Virus record (IMG/VR): IMGVR_UViG_3300025117_000050
Location: 1-64,000 of that record
Strand: one strand, 5' to 3'
DNA from: a virus
DNA: 64,000 nt
The notes under the pieces are model-generated. The model saw only the letters and a list, made by a program, of their open reading frames with translations, did no database searches and was not told where the DNA came from. A program made the position numbers and the translations under genes. Positions 1 through 12,011 of this stretch are shown piece by piece (the first letter of the stretch is position 1; each line of letters begins with the position of its first letter).

Positions 1-216
1 ATCCATAATTTGTTAAAAGAAAATAAAACCGTTGTAACATTAAAAATTGACATTGAAGATGTAAAGTATATTCAAAATTTATTATCAGAAAGGTTAAGAG
101 ATGTAGAAACAAGTATTGAATTAAGCAATGTTATAAAAATTAAAATTAAAGAATTAAATAACGAATGGAAAAGAATATGGAAATTGTTTAAGATTATTTA
201 ATTTTAATTAGAGAAA

Positions 217-657
217 TTGAAATTGGAGGATGATAATATGCAAGACAACATTGATTACATAAAAGTTAAAAGACTTCGGCAATATATTAAATTCCCTATC
301 AATTGGGACAACATTGAAATAACCTACAAAGACATAATAGAAGGAATTAAAAATAATATTCCAGAGCAGAAAGATATTTTTGCTACTTCTTGGACTGACG
401 TTAAGAAAGATGAAGCAGATAAAGAATGGCACATAGGAAGAATTTTATACTTTGTAAATAATCCTGATAAAATAGAACCTATTGACTTAGATAATCAATG
501 TATGTTTTCTAGTATACTGCCTATTCCAATTATTACAGATGGACACCATAGATATATTGCAACAGTTATTAGAAAAAATGAATTTATACCTGCTAATTAT
601 AGCGGTTTGGTTAGTTTACTAGAGTATTTAAAAGGTGAAAGTGATATTAAACCATAA
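217..657 (+). CDS. ParB/Srx-like domain protein
   Basis: PIIT-DGHHR-YIA motif. Confidence 0.55.
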   Translation: MKLEDDNMQDNIDYIKVKRLRQYIKFPINWDNIEITYKDIIEGIKNNIPEQKDIFATSWTDVKKDEADKEWHIGRILYFVNNPDKIEPIDLDNQCMFSSILPIPIITDGHHRYIATVIRKNEFIPANYSGLVSLLEYLKGESDIKP

Positions 658-941
658 AAGGAGAGATAAACTATGCTAAGAAATTTTAGAGATGGTGAAA
701 TTGGCTGTATAATAGTTTGTATCCCTGTTCATGGTCAATTTAAGGCAAAAAAGTGGTACATGGACATAATGAAGATGAATACAGTTATGGAAAAACTAAA
801 TTTCAAGCTGTGGAAGGATTAAAGGAAAAGATATTGAGTAAGTCAAGTTTTAAGCATTATGTATGGATGGTATTAGAGAATGGTGATTTGTAAAAATGTG
901 ATAAAAAATTTCTTTTGTGTTGAAATGAAGGGAGAATAAAC

Positions 942-1556
942 ATGACTGAGAAAACAGATATTATTAATGAATATATTAACTTTTCTGATTATATGTTAGC
1001 AGAGACTAAAACAAATAATATATCAATAGATGTAATTCTACAAATAAAATCTGAATGGAAAAGACTTTTTAAATTGCAGTTATCTGAATATGGATTTAAT
1101 AATATATCCATTCGCGAATTATTTATATGGGGTAATAATGGTCATAATTGGAATAAACTTCATACTAATGTTGAAGAAGAAAAGAAAAATGTAATTGAAT
1201 GGCTTGGTAAGATGGCAGGAGAAATATATTATTGTTGTGATAAAATGTCTCTTGATAGATTATTTAGATGTCATTGGTTATTCAATCATACTATAATTCA
1301 ATTTAAAAAAGAAAATGTACCTTTATATTGGTATAATGGTATTGTATTTGATGGATTCAATTGTTTTGACCCTGATAAAAATAATATTAATCAACAAAGA
1401 ATATTATGTGAAAATTGTGCTTCTAAATATAAAGGTGATGATTTAATATTTATTGAGGACAATTATTGGAAAAATAGTGACTGTAGTTTATGTGATGGAG
1501 AAGCAGAATATTTTATGAGGTTTGTAGATATATCATTAGTTAAAAAGATTAAATAA
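942..1556 (+). CDS. hypothetical phage protein with C-terminal CxxC pairs
   Basis: ORF with GGGAG SD; CENC and CSLC. Confidence 0.6.
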   Translation: MTEKTDIINEYINFSDYMLAETKTNNISIDVILQIKSEWKRLFKLQLSEYGFNNISIRELFIWGNNGHNWNKLHTNVEEEKKNVIEWLGKMAGEIYYCCDKMSLDRLFRCHWLFNHTIIQFKKENVPLYWYNGIVFDGFNCFDPDKNNINQQRILCENCASKYKGDDLIFIEDNYWKNSDCSLCDGEAEYFMRFVDISLVKKIK

Positions 1557-2113
1557 AAAGGAGATATAAGTATGAATATAAAAGATTGTATTACTTGTGA
1601 ATACGCTCAAAGAGACAAACATAATAGATTTGTTGATCCATGTTTGGGATATAGCAATTGTTCTTACTCTGAATTTAAAGGAGAAATTAAACCTACTCTT
1701 AGAGAATGTATTGATACATTTAATAAAAATATAGTTAACACTGATGAAAATTATCTTTATAAAAAGGGATTTAGAGATGCACTTAAATTTATTAAAAATT
1801 GGGATGATGCTGAGTAAATAGTGGTTGCATTTATATTTTGATTGTGTTATAATGGATTATAAAGTTAAATGAGGAGGATACATAAATGAATTTAAGCAAA
1901 ATAAAATTTAATTTAACTAATATACCAATTGCATTTTGTCCTAGTTGCGGTAAAAAATTAAAAATAATAGAAACAGATTATTTAGAATCTGAAACTATAT
2001 GTAATAATTGTAAATTAAAGTGGTTAATTATATGGGATATAGATGATAATGATAATTACGGAGTAAAAGGATTTCAATGTAATAATGAAGATCGTTAATT
2101 TCAATTATAATAT

Positions 2114-2277
2114 TGTATAGCAAACGGTAAACCAGTGGGGATTATTTGATTTAGTAAGAGTCAACAGACAGGTACTCTGTTCCCAGGGAATCCATGCGAT
2201 AGATGAGAGGTGACATGGTAGAACTAAATTAGACCGTACCGTGAGTTGCTGGACGTAATCGGGTATTTTGCTATACA
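2114..2277 (+). ncRNA. putative structured non-coding RNA (~165 nt), family and strand unassigned
   Basis: GC-rich intergenic island closed by an 11-bp stem TGTATAGCAAA/TTTGCTATACA, with several internal complementary segments. Confidence 0.55.
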
Positions 2278-2310
2278 TTAATAAATAAAGATGCTAAAAT
2301 GATGATCTTA

Positions 2311-2380
2311 CAAAGTGTTGATTTATAATGGTTTATTAAACTGGAAATCATCACCAAAGATCGGTTTTGTCATATAATTT
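2311..2380. repeat. copy of a dispersed ~68-bp intergenic element
   Basis: Aligns with 8589-8656, 16107-16175, 49753-49820 and, in part, 12763-12788. Confidence 0.55.
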
Positions 2381-3759
2381 GGAAATTCAATATAGGAGGT
2401 AATATTAATGAAAGCAGAATATTATTATAATGAATTAATGGATGAGAATCATAATAACGAAGGTTATGACGGATGGTATTGTAATGGTATGGTCACAATA
2501 CATAAGATTGGGAGCAATGATAAAGATGTGACATATACATTATATAGAAGTGGAAATATTATTGATAGTAATGGTAAACGTGATTATATAATTTCTGATT
2601 TAATCGGAGATTATGAACCGTATTCACCAGTACAAATTTTAAAGTGTGGATATTTATTATTTAATACCACTTCTTTTAATCAAGTAAAACACATTATAAG
2701 TAATTTACACGAGTATTTTGATTCTGAAGAATATGATTATAATCTCTTAGAAAAAGATAGGCATTTCATATGTGGTGGAAATAGTTGGGAGAATGGTTTA
2801 ACGGAAGGTTTTTCATACTATGCACCCAACGGTATAGAAGTGTCTATATGTTCAATTCCTAAATTATGCTATAAGAATTCCAGAAGAAGTAAATATGGGA
2901 AAAGATGTTTGCCATTCAATAAATCATATTCAAAAGTAAATTATGTATATGTATATTTTACAACTAATATTTTAGGACATTTGATAGATTCAGACTTAAA
3001 TTGTCTTGTAAATGAAGCGTTGACAGATTTAATTGATAATTTACCAGATTGTAAATATATTAATATGAAAATGTTTAAGTATATCTATAGTTAATATAAA
3101 TATTATGAGGGAGGAATTTATTATGATTATTATTGAAGTTACACATGATAGATATTTTGGAAAAGAATTTGGAGATACTGGTTTACAATGCATAAATATT
3201 CCTGCATATCTAGAAAACAATAAACTTATAATTGGTCATCATGGAGAAAGTGAATTATGTTTTCCATATTACATTCCTAATTATAATGCAGAAGATTTTG
3301 AATTTTTCTGTAATCATAAATACAGGAGGGCAAAAGAATCTAATCCTCATTACATTTATAAAGGAAATGTTTATGAATTAATGGGAGTTACTGATAATAA
3401 AAAAAATATATTATGTACATTCTTAACTCCATGTAGGAAAGGTACATTTCTTTGTAAATGTAAAGACTGTGGAGAAAATTTTGTTATTGACTGTTATGAA
3501 TCTCCTTATTATTATGTTAAGGAATTATCAATGCCAATTATAAGATGCAAAAGTTGTATATCAAAAAGAAAAAATAAAAGGAGGTGATTAAAATAGTATA
3601 ATTTACAAATTAACAATATTATATTGTAAAATTGTTAATTATATTGTTACTAATATTAGTAACAATATTTTTATTTTATTAAAAAGGAGGTAATTATTTT
3701 GAATAATATTTAGTCAATAAGATTATTAACATCAATATAAGAATAAAAATATAATATAA

Positions 3760-4323
3760 ATGAGGATGAATAATATTAGAAATGAATATGTAATAAATAA
3801 AAAATCAGCGTATATGAAACTTAAAAATAAGAAAGAAGAAATATATAAAGTATTTATTGATCATGAAGATATTGAAAAAATAAAACATTATAGATGGCAT
3901 CTTGAATATTATAAAACAGCAAAATGTTATTATGTTCGCACAACTATTCATCTTGGCATGATTGATGGTAAAAATAAATCTAAATGTATACTTCTTCATT
4001 CAATGATTATGGGCGTAGAAAAGAATACAATTATTGATCATAAAAATCATAATCCATTAGATAATAGAAAAAAGAATTTAAGAATTGTTGAAGCAAGTAA
4101 TAATTCTGCTAATAGAAAAGGTGCTAATTCAAATAATAAAACTGGTGTGAGAAATGTACATTTAATTAACAGGTATGGCGGTAAACAAATTTATATGGTA
4201 CAAATTATGAGAAAAGGAGAAAGATTTAGTTGGGAATTTGAATTAAATCAATTTGATGAAGCATGTATATTTGCTGAAGAAAAGAGAAAAGAATTATTTG
4301 GAAAATATGCAGGAAATGGTTAA
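3760..4323 (+). CDS. HNH homing endonuclease (HNH plus C-terminal AP2-like region)
   Basis: IIDHKNHNPLDNRKKNLR and NKTGVRNV motifs; paralog of 10196-10747. Confidence 0.85.
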   Translation: MRMNNIRNEYVINKKSAYMKLKNKKEEIYKVFIDHEDIEKIKHYRWHLEYYKTAKCYYVRTTIHLGMIDGKNKSKCILLHSMIMGVEKNTIIDHKNHNPLDNRKKNLRIVEASNNSANRKGANSNNKTGVRNVHLINRYGGKQIYMVQIMRKGERFSWEFELNQFDEACIFAEEKRKELFGKYAGNG

Positions 4324-4417
4324 TATACATATATTTGTAATTATATAAATATTTAAATAAAGAAATGATAAAATAATACATAAATACTATTTTATTACAT
4401 GATATAGAAATTAGAAC

Positions 4418-4452
4418 AATAGAGACTGAATAAAGTCTCTATTTTTTATTTA
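4418..4452 (+). terminator. intrinsic terminator
   Basis: AATAGAGACT-loop-AGTCTCTATT followed by a T-run. Confidence 0.6.
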
Positions 4453-5463
4453 AAATTTCTTGTATTCTTTGTTGAATCGTGCTATAATTAGAATTATAAA
4501 ATAAATAATCAAGGAGATAATCTAATGACTCGAACATACAATGCTTATGAGATTAAGAAAAAATGTGAAAAACTATATTCTGATATTATCTGTTTTAATA
4601 TTTACAATTTACCTACAAAAAATGCACAATGGAAACTATATAATGAAAACTTAATAAAATAGTAAACGAGGTAGCAGGCGAATATGATAGTTTGAATATA
4701 TACGATGAAATATTCACAATTGGAGATAAAATTAAGATACATTACCTGGATATAAAAATTGCAATTATAAAGTCAATAACTGTAAAATATAATACTTGCA
4801 CATGGATGCCTGAATTTATCGTTGAGTCAATGGATATTCACGATAATAGTGTTTATAAAACTTCTTATGATACTTGTATTCACTTGGCATGAGAGATTAA
4901 GAAATGTTTTTTAATTATCGTAATATTTACCTTGATTTATATAAGTTCTAATGATAAAATAAAAATAAATGGAGGAATAGAACATGAAAACTAACAACTT
5001 AGAGGTCTTAAATATTCAAGATTTAATGTTTGCGAAGGTATTTGGAATGTCACAGGAAGAAATTGAGGAAATGGATTTATTTCAGCAAAAAAGGAAAATG
5101 CAAAATATGTTTGATAGAATGATGATTGAATGGAGTCAAGGTAATAAACCAGAATTAACACTAGAAGATGCACAGGAATTAGATAAAAAATATCAAAATA
5201 TAGTAGCACAGCTTGAATGTGAACACAATCATGATTATATGGGAGATTCATTAGTAAGATTTGAAGCAATCCCAAAAGATGATTATTCAATAGGATTATA
5301 TTTAGGGTTGCCAAGTGTAGTAGATTGGGCAAGTAAGATGTTAGATTAAAATAAATGAAAATCAACTAATTATTTCATCAAATACCTATTGCTTTTTAAT
5401 TAAAAGTGTGGTATTATATTTAACAGAATAAAAAAATAAATAAGAAAAAGGAGTTGCTGTTAA

Positions 5464-6666
5464 ATGATTAGAACCCCATTATCTTTAAGTGTGAAGCAAG
5501 TATGTACCATGATTAAGAAAGGTAGTATGACTTTTGATAATCCGATTCAAAGACCTCCTGGGCAATGGAATCAACAGAAGAAAAGTGATTTAATTGAATC
5601 AATTTTCAGAAGATTTATTCCTGATTTCTTTGCAGTTAAAACTAGGGAAGAAAAAGGAAACGTCTATGACGTGATCGATGGTTTGCAGAGATTCACAACT
5701 ATTTGTTCCTATCTTAACGATGAGTGGGAATTGCTAGAGATTAAACCTGTAAAAATAGAAACTACTGGTGAAATACATAATATATCAGGTTTAAAATATT
5801 CTCAATTGCCGGAAGATATACAGGATGTAATAAAAAGCCATATGTTGACTATAAGAACAATAGAATTTGAAGAAGATGAAGACGAAGAAGAACTTGTTGA
5901 AGAAATATTTTATCATCTTAACAGTGGTGTTCCGATGGCAAAAGAGCATTTAGCTCTTATCTCAGCACCTAAGAACGTACAGGAATTTTGTCATAGAATT
6001 ATAGCAGAACATGATTTATTTGTAGGAATTGCCAAATATTCAGAATCAGCAGTTAAAAAATCAGATAAGCATATGACAATTTTACAGAGTGTCTTGTTAA
6101 TATCTGGTTTACCCTATGAAAGTTTTGCAGCAAAGCACATTGAAGAAGTATTTGCTAAAAATGAAATAACAGAAGAAGTTTTAAAGCAGACAGAAAAGGC
6201 ATTTACAGACATTGCAGATACCTTTCAATCGACACATAAATTTGTAGTTAAAATCAATATACCAATTATGACCTATATGTTTTCTAATACTACAGAGGAA
6301 AATAAAATTCCTGTAAGAGAGAAATTATTGAATTATGTTAATAAAGAAATGTTACCTGGAGATAAATATAAGGCTTATACAGGTGCAGGGAATGTTAAGA
6401 AGGATAAAGTTATTAAGCGTATTAAAGGTATGTTTGAGATATGCGGAGTAGTAGAAAGACCAATAGAAGTAGTAAAACAGACTTATGAAGAGATTAATGC
6501 AGTATTACAGGAGTTTAAAAGTGAATCTGAAACTGAGACTGAAGACGATTCTACTAACGATAATGCTAATGTCAATGTACAATCTGAACTTGAATCTGAC
6601 GAAATACCAGAATTAACATTAGAAGATATACCTGACATTGAATTGGATGGCAAAGAAGTTAGTTAA
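5464..6666 (+). CDS. DUF262 (GmrSD/ParB-like N-terminal) domain protein with acidic tail
   Basis: IQR..QW....S.LI.SI, VIDGLQR and IF..LNSG motifs. Confidence 0.8.
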   Translation: MIRTPLSLSVKQVCTMIKKGSMTFDNPIQRPPGQWNQQKKSDLIESIFRRFIPDFFAVKTREEKGNVYDVIDGLQRFTTICSYLNDEWELLEIKPVKIETTGEIHNISGLKYSQLPEDIQDVIKSHMLTIRTIEFEEDEDEEELVEEIFYHLNSGVPMAKEHLALISAPKNVQEFCHRIIAEHDLFVGIAKYSESAVKKSDKHMTILQSVLLISGLPYESFAAKHIEEVFAKNEITEEVLKQTEKAFTDIADTFQSTHKFVVKINIPIMTYMFSNTTEENKIPVREKLLNYVNKEMLPGDKYKAYTGAGNVKKDKVIKRIKGMFEICGVVERPIEVVKQTYEEINAVLQEFKSESETETEDDSTNDNANVNVQSELESDEIPELTLEDIPDIELDGKEVS

Positions 6667-7263
6667 TAGAGAGGGTTAAATTCCCTCCCTATTCTTCTAA
6701 AATTTAAGGAGATGATATAATGAGTAATAATAATAAAGATAGTATCTACCTAGAAAATGGTTATAAGAATAGAGATGATTATTTACAATCTTTATCTGAG
6801 GATTACGGAGTACCTTTAGAATTTGTTTATAACCTTGCCGATTTATTAGGTGAGAGCGAAGAATGGGATGGCTTAATTTCAGCTTTAGAAGATGCAGAAG
6901 GAATGATTTATGATGAATAAGGGAGAAATAAACCTTCCCTATTAAAATAAAGGAGGCATGACAAAATGGAATTCACTTTAAATAGAAATACCCTTCTCAA
7001 ACTGAGCAATGATGAGATATTAGAATTGCTTAACAGTATAACAAATTTTGATTTATACTCAATGTCACTTGATTGGAGAGAATCAGCAGAGTATATTTTG
7101 AAATGCAAAGGTGCTGAAGGTGATGTTTTAGTTTACTGGAGTTGACTATAACAAATTAATTTAACAAAATCATAAAATAATAGTTGCTATGTGCCTAACA
7201 TAGTGTTACAATGAATATATAAATAATAATATATACAATACATAACACAAGGAGAGATATAAA

Positions 7264-7674
7264 ATGTGTAGAGCAAAACGATACACTGAACAATTACTAG
7301 AAATATATGATAACATTAATCAAGATTTAGAGTATTTCAATCATCAAATTAAAGAATATCAATTCTTAGAACAAGATGTATTACATATGATAGAAAATGA
7401 AAAGTTTAACGCAGCAGAAGGTTGTTTACTTGCTAATATGATTAAAGATGCCAGGATTAAGCGGAGATATTATAAAGATGAATTGGAAACAATGATTAAT
7501 TTAAAGAAGACATTTATTGATAAGAATATTGAACACTTAAAGTATACATATGACAGTGTTAAAAGACAAGATGAAATATTGTTAGAATTAAAAAGGAATA
7601 GGGTTTATAGACCAAGGGTGTTAAAGAGTATGGAATTGAAGAAAGTTGTGCCGTTGAAGAGAAAGGTGATATAA
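7264..7674 (+). CDS. hypothetical coiled-coil phage protein
   Basis: ORF with SD and its own promoter. Confidence 0.55.
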   Translation: MCRAKRYTEQLLEIYDNINQDLEYFNHQIKEYQFLEQDVLHMIENEKFNAAEGCLLANMIKDARIKRRYYKDELETMINLKKTFIDKNIEHLKYTYDSVKRQDEILLELKRNRVYRPRVLKSMELKKVVPLKRKVI

Positions 7675-8988
7675 TTAAAAATAAAAGGAGAATATATAAT
7701 GAATGTTAGAATTAATGAATGGATAAAAGGAACTATTATAACAGAAGAAGAAAATCTAAATTTACCAGTTCCACGTTTGGAAATAAGATATTTCAATATT
7801 AATGAAGATGGTAATAACCTTACAGCAATTTATAGTTTGATATATAAACATTTTCTAGGTGATTTAGTAAATGTAATTATGGGACAAACAAATTGTAGGT
7901 ATCCAAAACCTAATCCAATAGCAGAAAATGGAATAATAAAAACTCCATTTAAGGATGGAGTACATATAGAAAATGATAAGAAACAATTAAATTTACCTGC
8001 TTATGCAATTTATAAAGATAAATATCAGATTATTTGAAACATGATCAATCGATAATTTTATAAAATTATAAAATAAAAGGAGATAAATACATATGAATAA
8101 TCAATTAGTACCTGCTATTGCTTCAGTTTCACGGAATAGAATTTTAACAGAAAAAGAATTAGAATCTTATAAAAAATGTTGTATTAAGTTACCTAAAAAG
8201 GATATAGTTAAAAAAATATTATCATTTATTGAAAATAACAATGTTACACAAGAAGACAAAAAGGTATTTAATAAAATACTTGGTGATACTAAAATATTAA
8301 ATAAACTTCAAATTTGTACTGATGGGTCTTATGTTAATGGAAGAATCTTTTTTAAAAATTTCTATAACAATAATACAACTAATATATGGGTGGATGGAAA
8401 GTATTGGAATCAACATTATAAAAAACATAAATCTAATTTGGATACAATGTCTAAACTTAATTATATGAAATATAATTTTGAAGTTATATTTTTACACTTA
8501 GTTAGTGATAGTAAAGCATGGGAAGATAAATTAGATAGTGAACAATGGGAAGATGAATATGATGATTGGTGTTAAAAATTAATGTTGGTAACCATTGAAT
8601 TTATTGGGTTTGTGAATAGATAAATTGTAACAAAATGGTTAATTGGTCACAATTTAATAATAAATGGAGGTAAATAAAATGAAATTAGAATTAAAAGTTT
8701 ATAGTGCATTGCCTTGTGAGACAGAACAATTTATAATTAATGGTGTAGATTCTGATAAAAATTGGTTCGTTGATAATTATGATGATGGTAGAGGTGAAGA
8801 AATTGAATATGGATGCAATAATAGGGTAACTAAATTATTAAGAATTTCAGAAGTAAGAAACAATCTTCCAGAATCATTAAAAGAATTATCTGTTGAAGAA
8901 ATAGAAGAAATTCAAAATAAACTTGAAGAAGAATTAGTTAGTGGTGGTTGTGGTTGGTGCGTATAATATAAATTAGGAGGCTACATAT

Positions 8989-9648
8989 ATGAATTCATTG
9001 CTAAGAAAAAGAAAATCTAATCCAGAATTAGACAATAAAATTGATAAAATTATTGAACAGGTCAAAAATAAACAAATACCTGAATTCTATCCTAATGAAA
9101 TGGTTAACAACTTTAATATGGATAGAATTAGTTTAAGAAGTGACTTTATTAAAACTATAGGGTTTACTCTCATATCTAATGATTGGATTAAACCATTATC
9201 TCAATGGATAGGTAATAGAAAATGTCTTGAAGTTATGACAGGAACAGGTTCATTGAGTTTTGCTTTACAACAGCAAGGGATAGATATAATTGCTACTGAT
9301 AACTTTTCTTGGGAAGGTAGTTCTAACTGGAATGATAATGAAAATTATTGGACAGAAATTGAACATATAGATGCAATAGGAGCAGTTAAAAAATATGGTA
9401 AAGATATTGATATTATTATAATGTCGTGGCCTTATATGGATGATACTGCACATAGAATTTTACAGAGTATGAGAGAAGTAAATCCAAATTGTATTATGAT
9501 ATTTATTGGAGAGGGTATGGGTGGATGTACAGCAGATGATGAATTTTTTGAAAGTATTCAAGAAATTGAGGATACAGAGTTTGAGCAAGCAGTAAGTAAT
9601 TTTAAACAATGGTGGGGTATACATGATTATCCGCAATTGGTTAAATAA
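8989..9648 (+). CDS. class I SAM-dependent methyltransferase-like protein
   Basis: CLEVMTGTG, IIATD, IIMSWP and IFIGEG..GCT motifs. Confidence 0.65.
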   Translation: MNSLLRKRKSNPELDNKIDKIIEQVKNKQIPEFYPNEMVNNFNMDRISLRSDFIKTIGFTLISNDWIKPLSQWIGNRKCLEVMTGTGSLSFALQQQGIDIIATDNFSWEGSSNWNDNENYWTEIEHIDAIGAVKKYGKDIDIIIMSWPYMDDTAHRILQSMREVNPNCIMIFIGEGMGGCTADDEFFESIQEIEDTEFEQAVSNFKQWWGIHDYPQLVK

Positions 9649-9682
9649 ATTATAATAAATATTAAAAAGGAGAATGAGAAAT

Positions 9683-10093
9683 ATGAGTTATAAAAAATGT
9701 TTGGAATTGGCAAATGCAAACATTTTAACCTTTGAGCATTTTGGTAGTTATCAAGGAGATTGGTGGGCTAAAGTAGAATACCAAAGTAAATTAGGTTGGA
9801 TTCATGGATGGTTTGGTAGTTGCTCTGGATGTGATGCTTTTTAAGCAGAATTTGGTTATGAATCACATGAGCATGAAGATGATGATTGTATAAGTTATTA
9901 TGATTTACCTGAAAAATTTAAAGAAGATTGTCCTAATTGTCAAGATTTAATGAAAAGAATGAAAGAAATTGGTGAGAAATATTTAGATGATTTATATACA
10001 CAAGAAGAAGCAGAAAATAGAGCAAGTGAAAATTTAGATTGGGATGGAAATGCTCAAGAGATGTTAGATTTTATTAGAAATAATAAGATTTAA
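9683..10093 (+). pseudogene. phage ORF interrupted by an in-frame TAA at 9842-9844
   Basis: SD and ATG at 9683; frame reads ...GSCSGCDAF*AEFGY... and continues to TAA at 10091. Confidence 0.65.
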
Positions 10094-10195
10094 AATATTA
10101 GAATACTATATATAGTATAAATAAGTATATAAAATAATTGGAATAAAAAATAAAAATCATAATATAAAAAGGAGGTGATAATTAAATGAAAGGAG

Positions 10196-10747
10196 GTGAT
10201 AAATATAAAAAATAATTATATTATAGAAGGAGATATTGTTAAAATTGTTTTAGATACAAAACATGGAAAATTTTATGCATTAATAGATTTAGAAGACTTT
10301 GATAAGGCTAACAATTGTGAAAATAAATGGTGTTTACGTTCATTAAAACATCAATACGCTCAACAAATGAAAGTAATAGGCAAGGAAGGGAATAGAAGTA
10401 AATATACTACTATTAAATTACATAATATTATAATAGATTGTCCAGAAGGGATGCGAGTAGATCATATTAATCATAATACATTAGATAATCGAAAACAAAA
10501 CTTAAGGATTATAGAACATAAAAATAATATTACACATCGAAAAGGTGCTAATTCTAATAGTAAAACTGGTGTTAGAAATGTTAATCTAGTAACTAGATAT
10601 AGTGGAGAACAAGAATATTGGGTACAATTAATGAAAGATGGTAAAAGATTTAAATGGGAATTTCCACTAGAACAATTTAATGAAGCATGTATTTTTGCAG
10701 AACAAAAACGTCAAGAAATATTTGGCAAATATGCAGGGAATGGTTAA
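10196..10747 (+). CDS. HNH homing endonuclease
   Basis: VDHINHNTLDNRKQNLR; C-terminus FGKYAGNG identical to 3760-4323. Confidence 0.85.
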   Translation: MINIKNNYIIEGDIVKIVLDTKHGKFYALIDLEDFDKANNCENKWCLRSLKHQYAQQMKVIGKEGNRSKYTTIKLHNIIIDCPEGMRVDHINHNTLDNRKQNLRIIEHKNNITHRKGANSNSKTGVRNVNLVTRYSGEQEYWVQLMKDGKRFKWEFPLEQFNEACIFAEQKRQEIFGKYAGNG

Positions 10748-10760
10748 TACATAGTGATAT

Positions 10761-10795
10761 AATGGTTTGCGGTAATCCTTATACCGCAAACCATT
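10761..10795. terminator. strong hairpin, probable terminator
   Basis: AATGGTTTGCGGTA / TACCGCAAACCATT perfect stem. Confidence 0.6.
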
Positions 10796-10988
10796 ATAAG
10801 GAGTAATTTAATATGAATAAATACATTGCCAATATCAAAGTAATACAATTAGAAGTAGAATCTAAATCAATAACTGAAACAGAAGAATATTTTAAAAATT
10901 ACATTAAATATTGGGGGTGTAGTGTGGCCTGGATGGAAAGGTGCTGTTATTGTTAATATTGAAAAATAAATTTATAAATTAAGAGGAG

Positions 10989-12011
10989 ATGCTTAATATG
11001 TTAGAAATTAAAAAATTGAATTCTATAATGTCACCATTCTTCGGAGATATTTGTGTTTACTTAGAGTTAAATGATTATGCAGATACAAGCACAATTAAAT
11101 GTAAAATAGCAAATCTAAATGAGGAAATAATTCCTGATAAATTTGCTTATGATGGTTCACCTTATTTTTCATATGATAAATTTGAAAAGTATTCTAATGG
11201 TAATCATTATGCTAGAGTATACGTAGAAGTAGAATATAAATCTAAAGAATTAGAATTATCTGAAAGTACATTTAATACAGCAAAAGGTATAAATGATTAT
11301 ATAGTAGATTTAAAAACATTACATCATATTATGGGTATTAGGCATGTTGCTAAACATAAGAAGGGTATAAAATTAAATGAATTTGTTTGGAGAGGTGTAT
11401 TAAGTTTTGATCAATTCGGACAGACAATGTATTTATATGATCAAAAATTTATAGATGATACACCAAATAATATTAAATATGGTACAGTTGATTATAATAC
11501 ATTTAGATTTTATTGTGAAGGATATTGTGGAACATTTAGAGTAATACCAGATCAAGATGAAATATGTCCTGAGTGTAATAAAGCATGGACAATAGATAAT
11601 ATAGTTGATTATGTGACTATTGAAAAAGGTAATTATAAGAGAATTGGTTATCATAAAGAATGTTTAAAATCTCATAATGACAGAGAGCAATTAAAAGAAT
11701 TTGAAAATATATTCTCAAAGGTATATAATTTAAGTGAATTGAAATTTACTGCAATTCCTAATGAATATTGCTCATGTGAAAAATGTGCTTCATGGTTTAT
11801 AGTTTCTACTCTAGATGGAGATATTAAAATTGGTTGGAGGAAAAGAGTTATTAGCATTGTGTGGCTAGATAATTATAAACGATTTAAAGAAACATTTGTG
11901 AATGAGGATACTACAAAAGGCGGAAATTTAGATGGTGTTAGATATATTCATGCTTGGAATGTGGATAAAGCAATTGAATATTTGAATAGAGCGAAGGATA
12001 GTATAGTTTAA
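10989..12011 (+). CDS. hypothetical phage protein (340 aa)
   Basis: Long ORF; IKIGWRKRVISI motif and CxxC pairs. Confidence 0.6.
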   Translation: MLNMLEIKKLNSIMSPFFGDICVYLELNDYADTSTIKCKIANLNEEIIPDKFAYDGSPYFSYDKFEKYSNGNHYARVYVEVEYKSKELELSESTFNTAKGINDYIVDLKTLHHIMGIRHVAKHKKGIKLNEFVWRGVLSFDQFGQTMYLYDQKFIDDTPNNIKYGTVDYNTFRFYCEGYCGTFRVIPDQDEICPECNKAWTIDNIVDYVTIEKGNYKRIGYHKECLKSHNDREQLKEFENIFSKVYNLSELKFTAIPNEYCSCEKCASWFIVSTLDGDIKIGWRKRVISIVWLDNYKRFKETFVNEDTTKGGNLDGVRYIHAWNVDKAIEYLNRAKDSIV

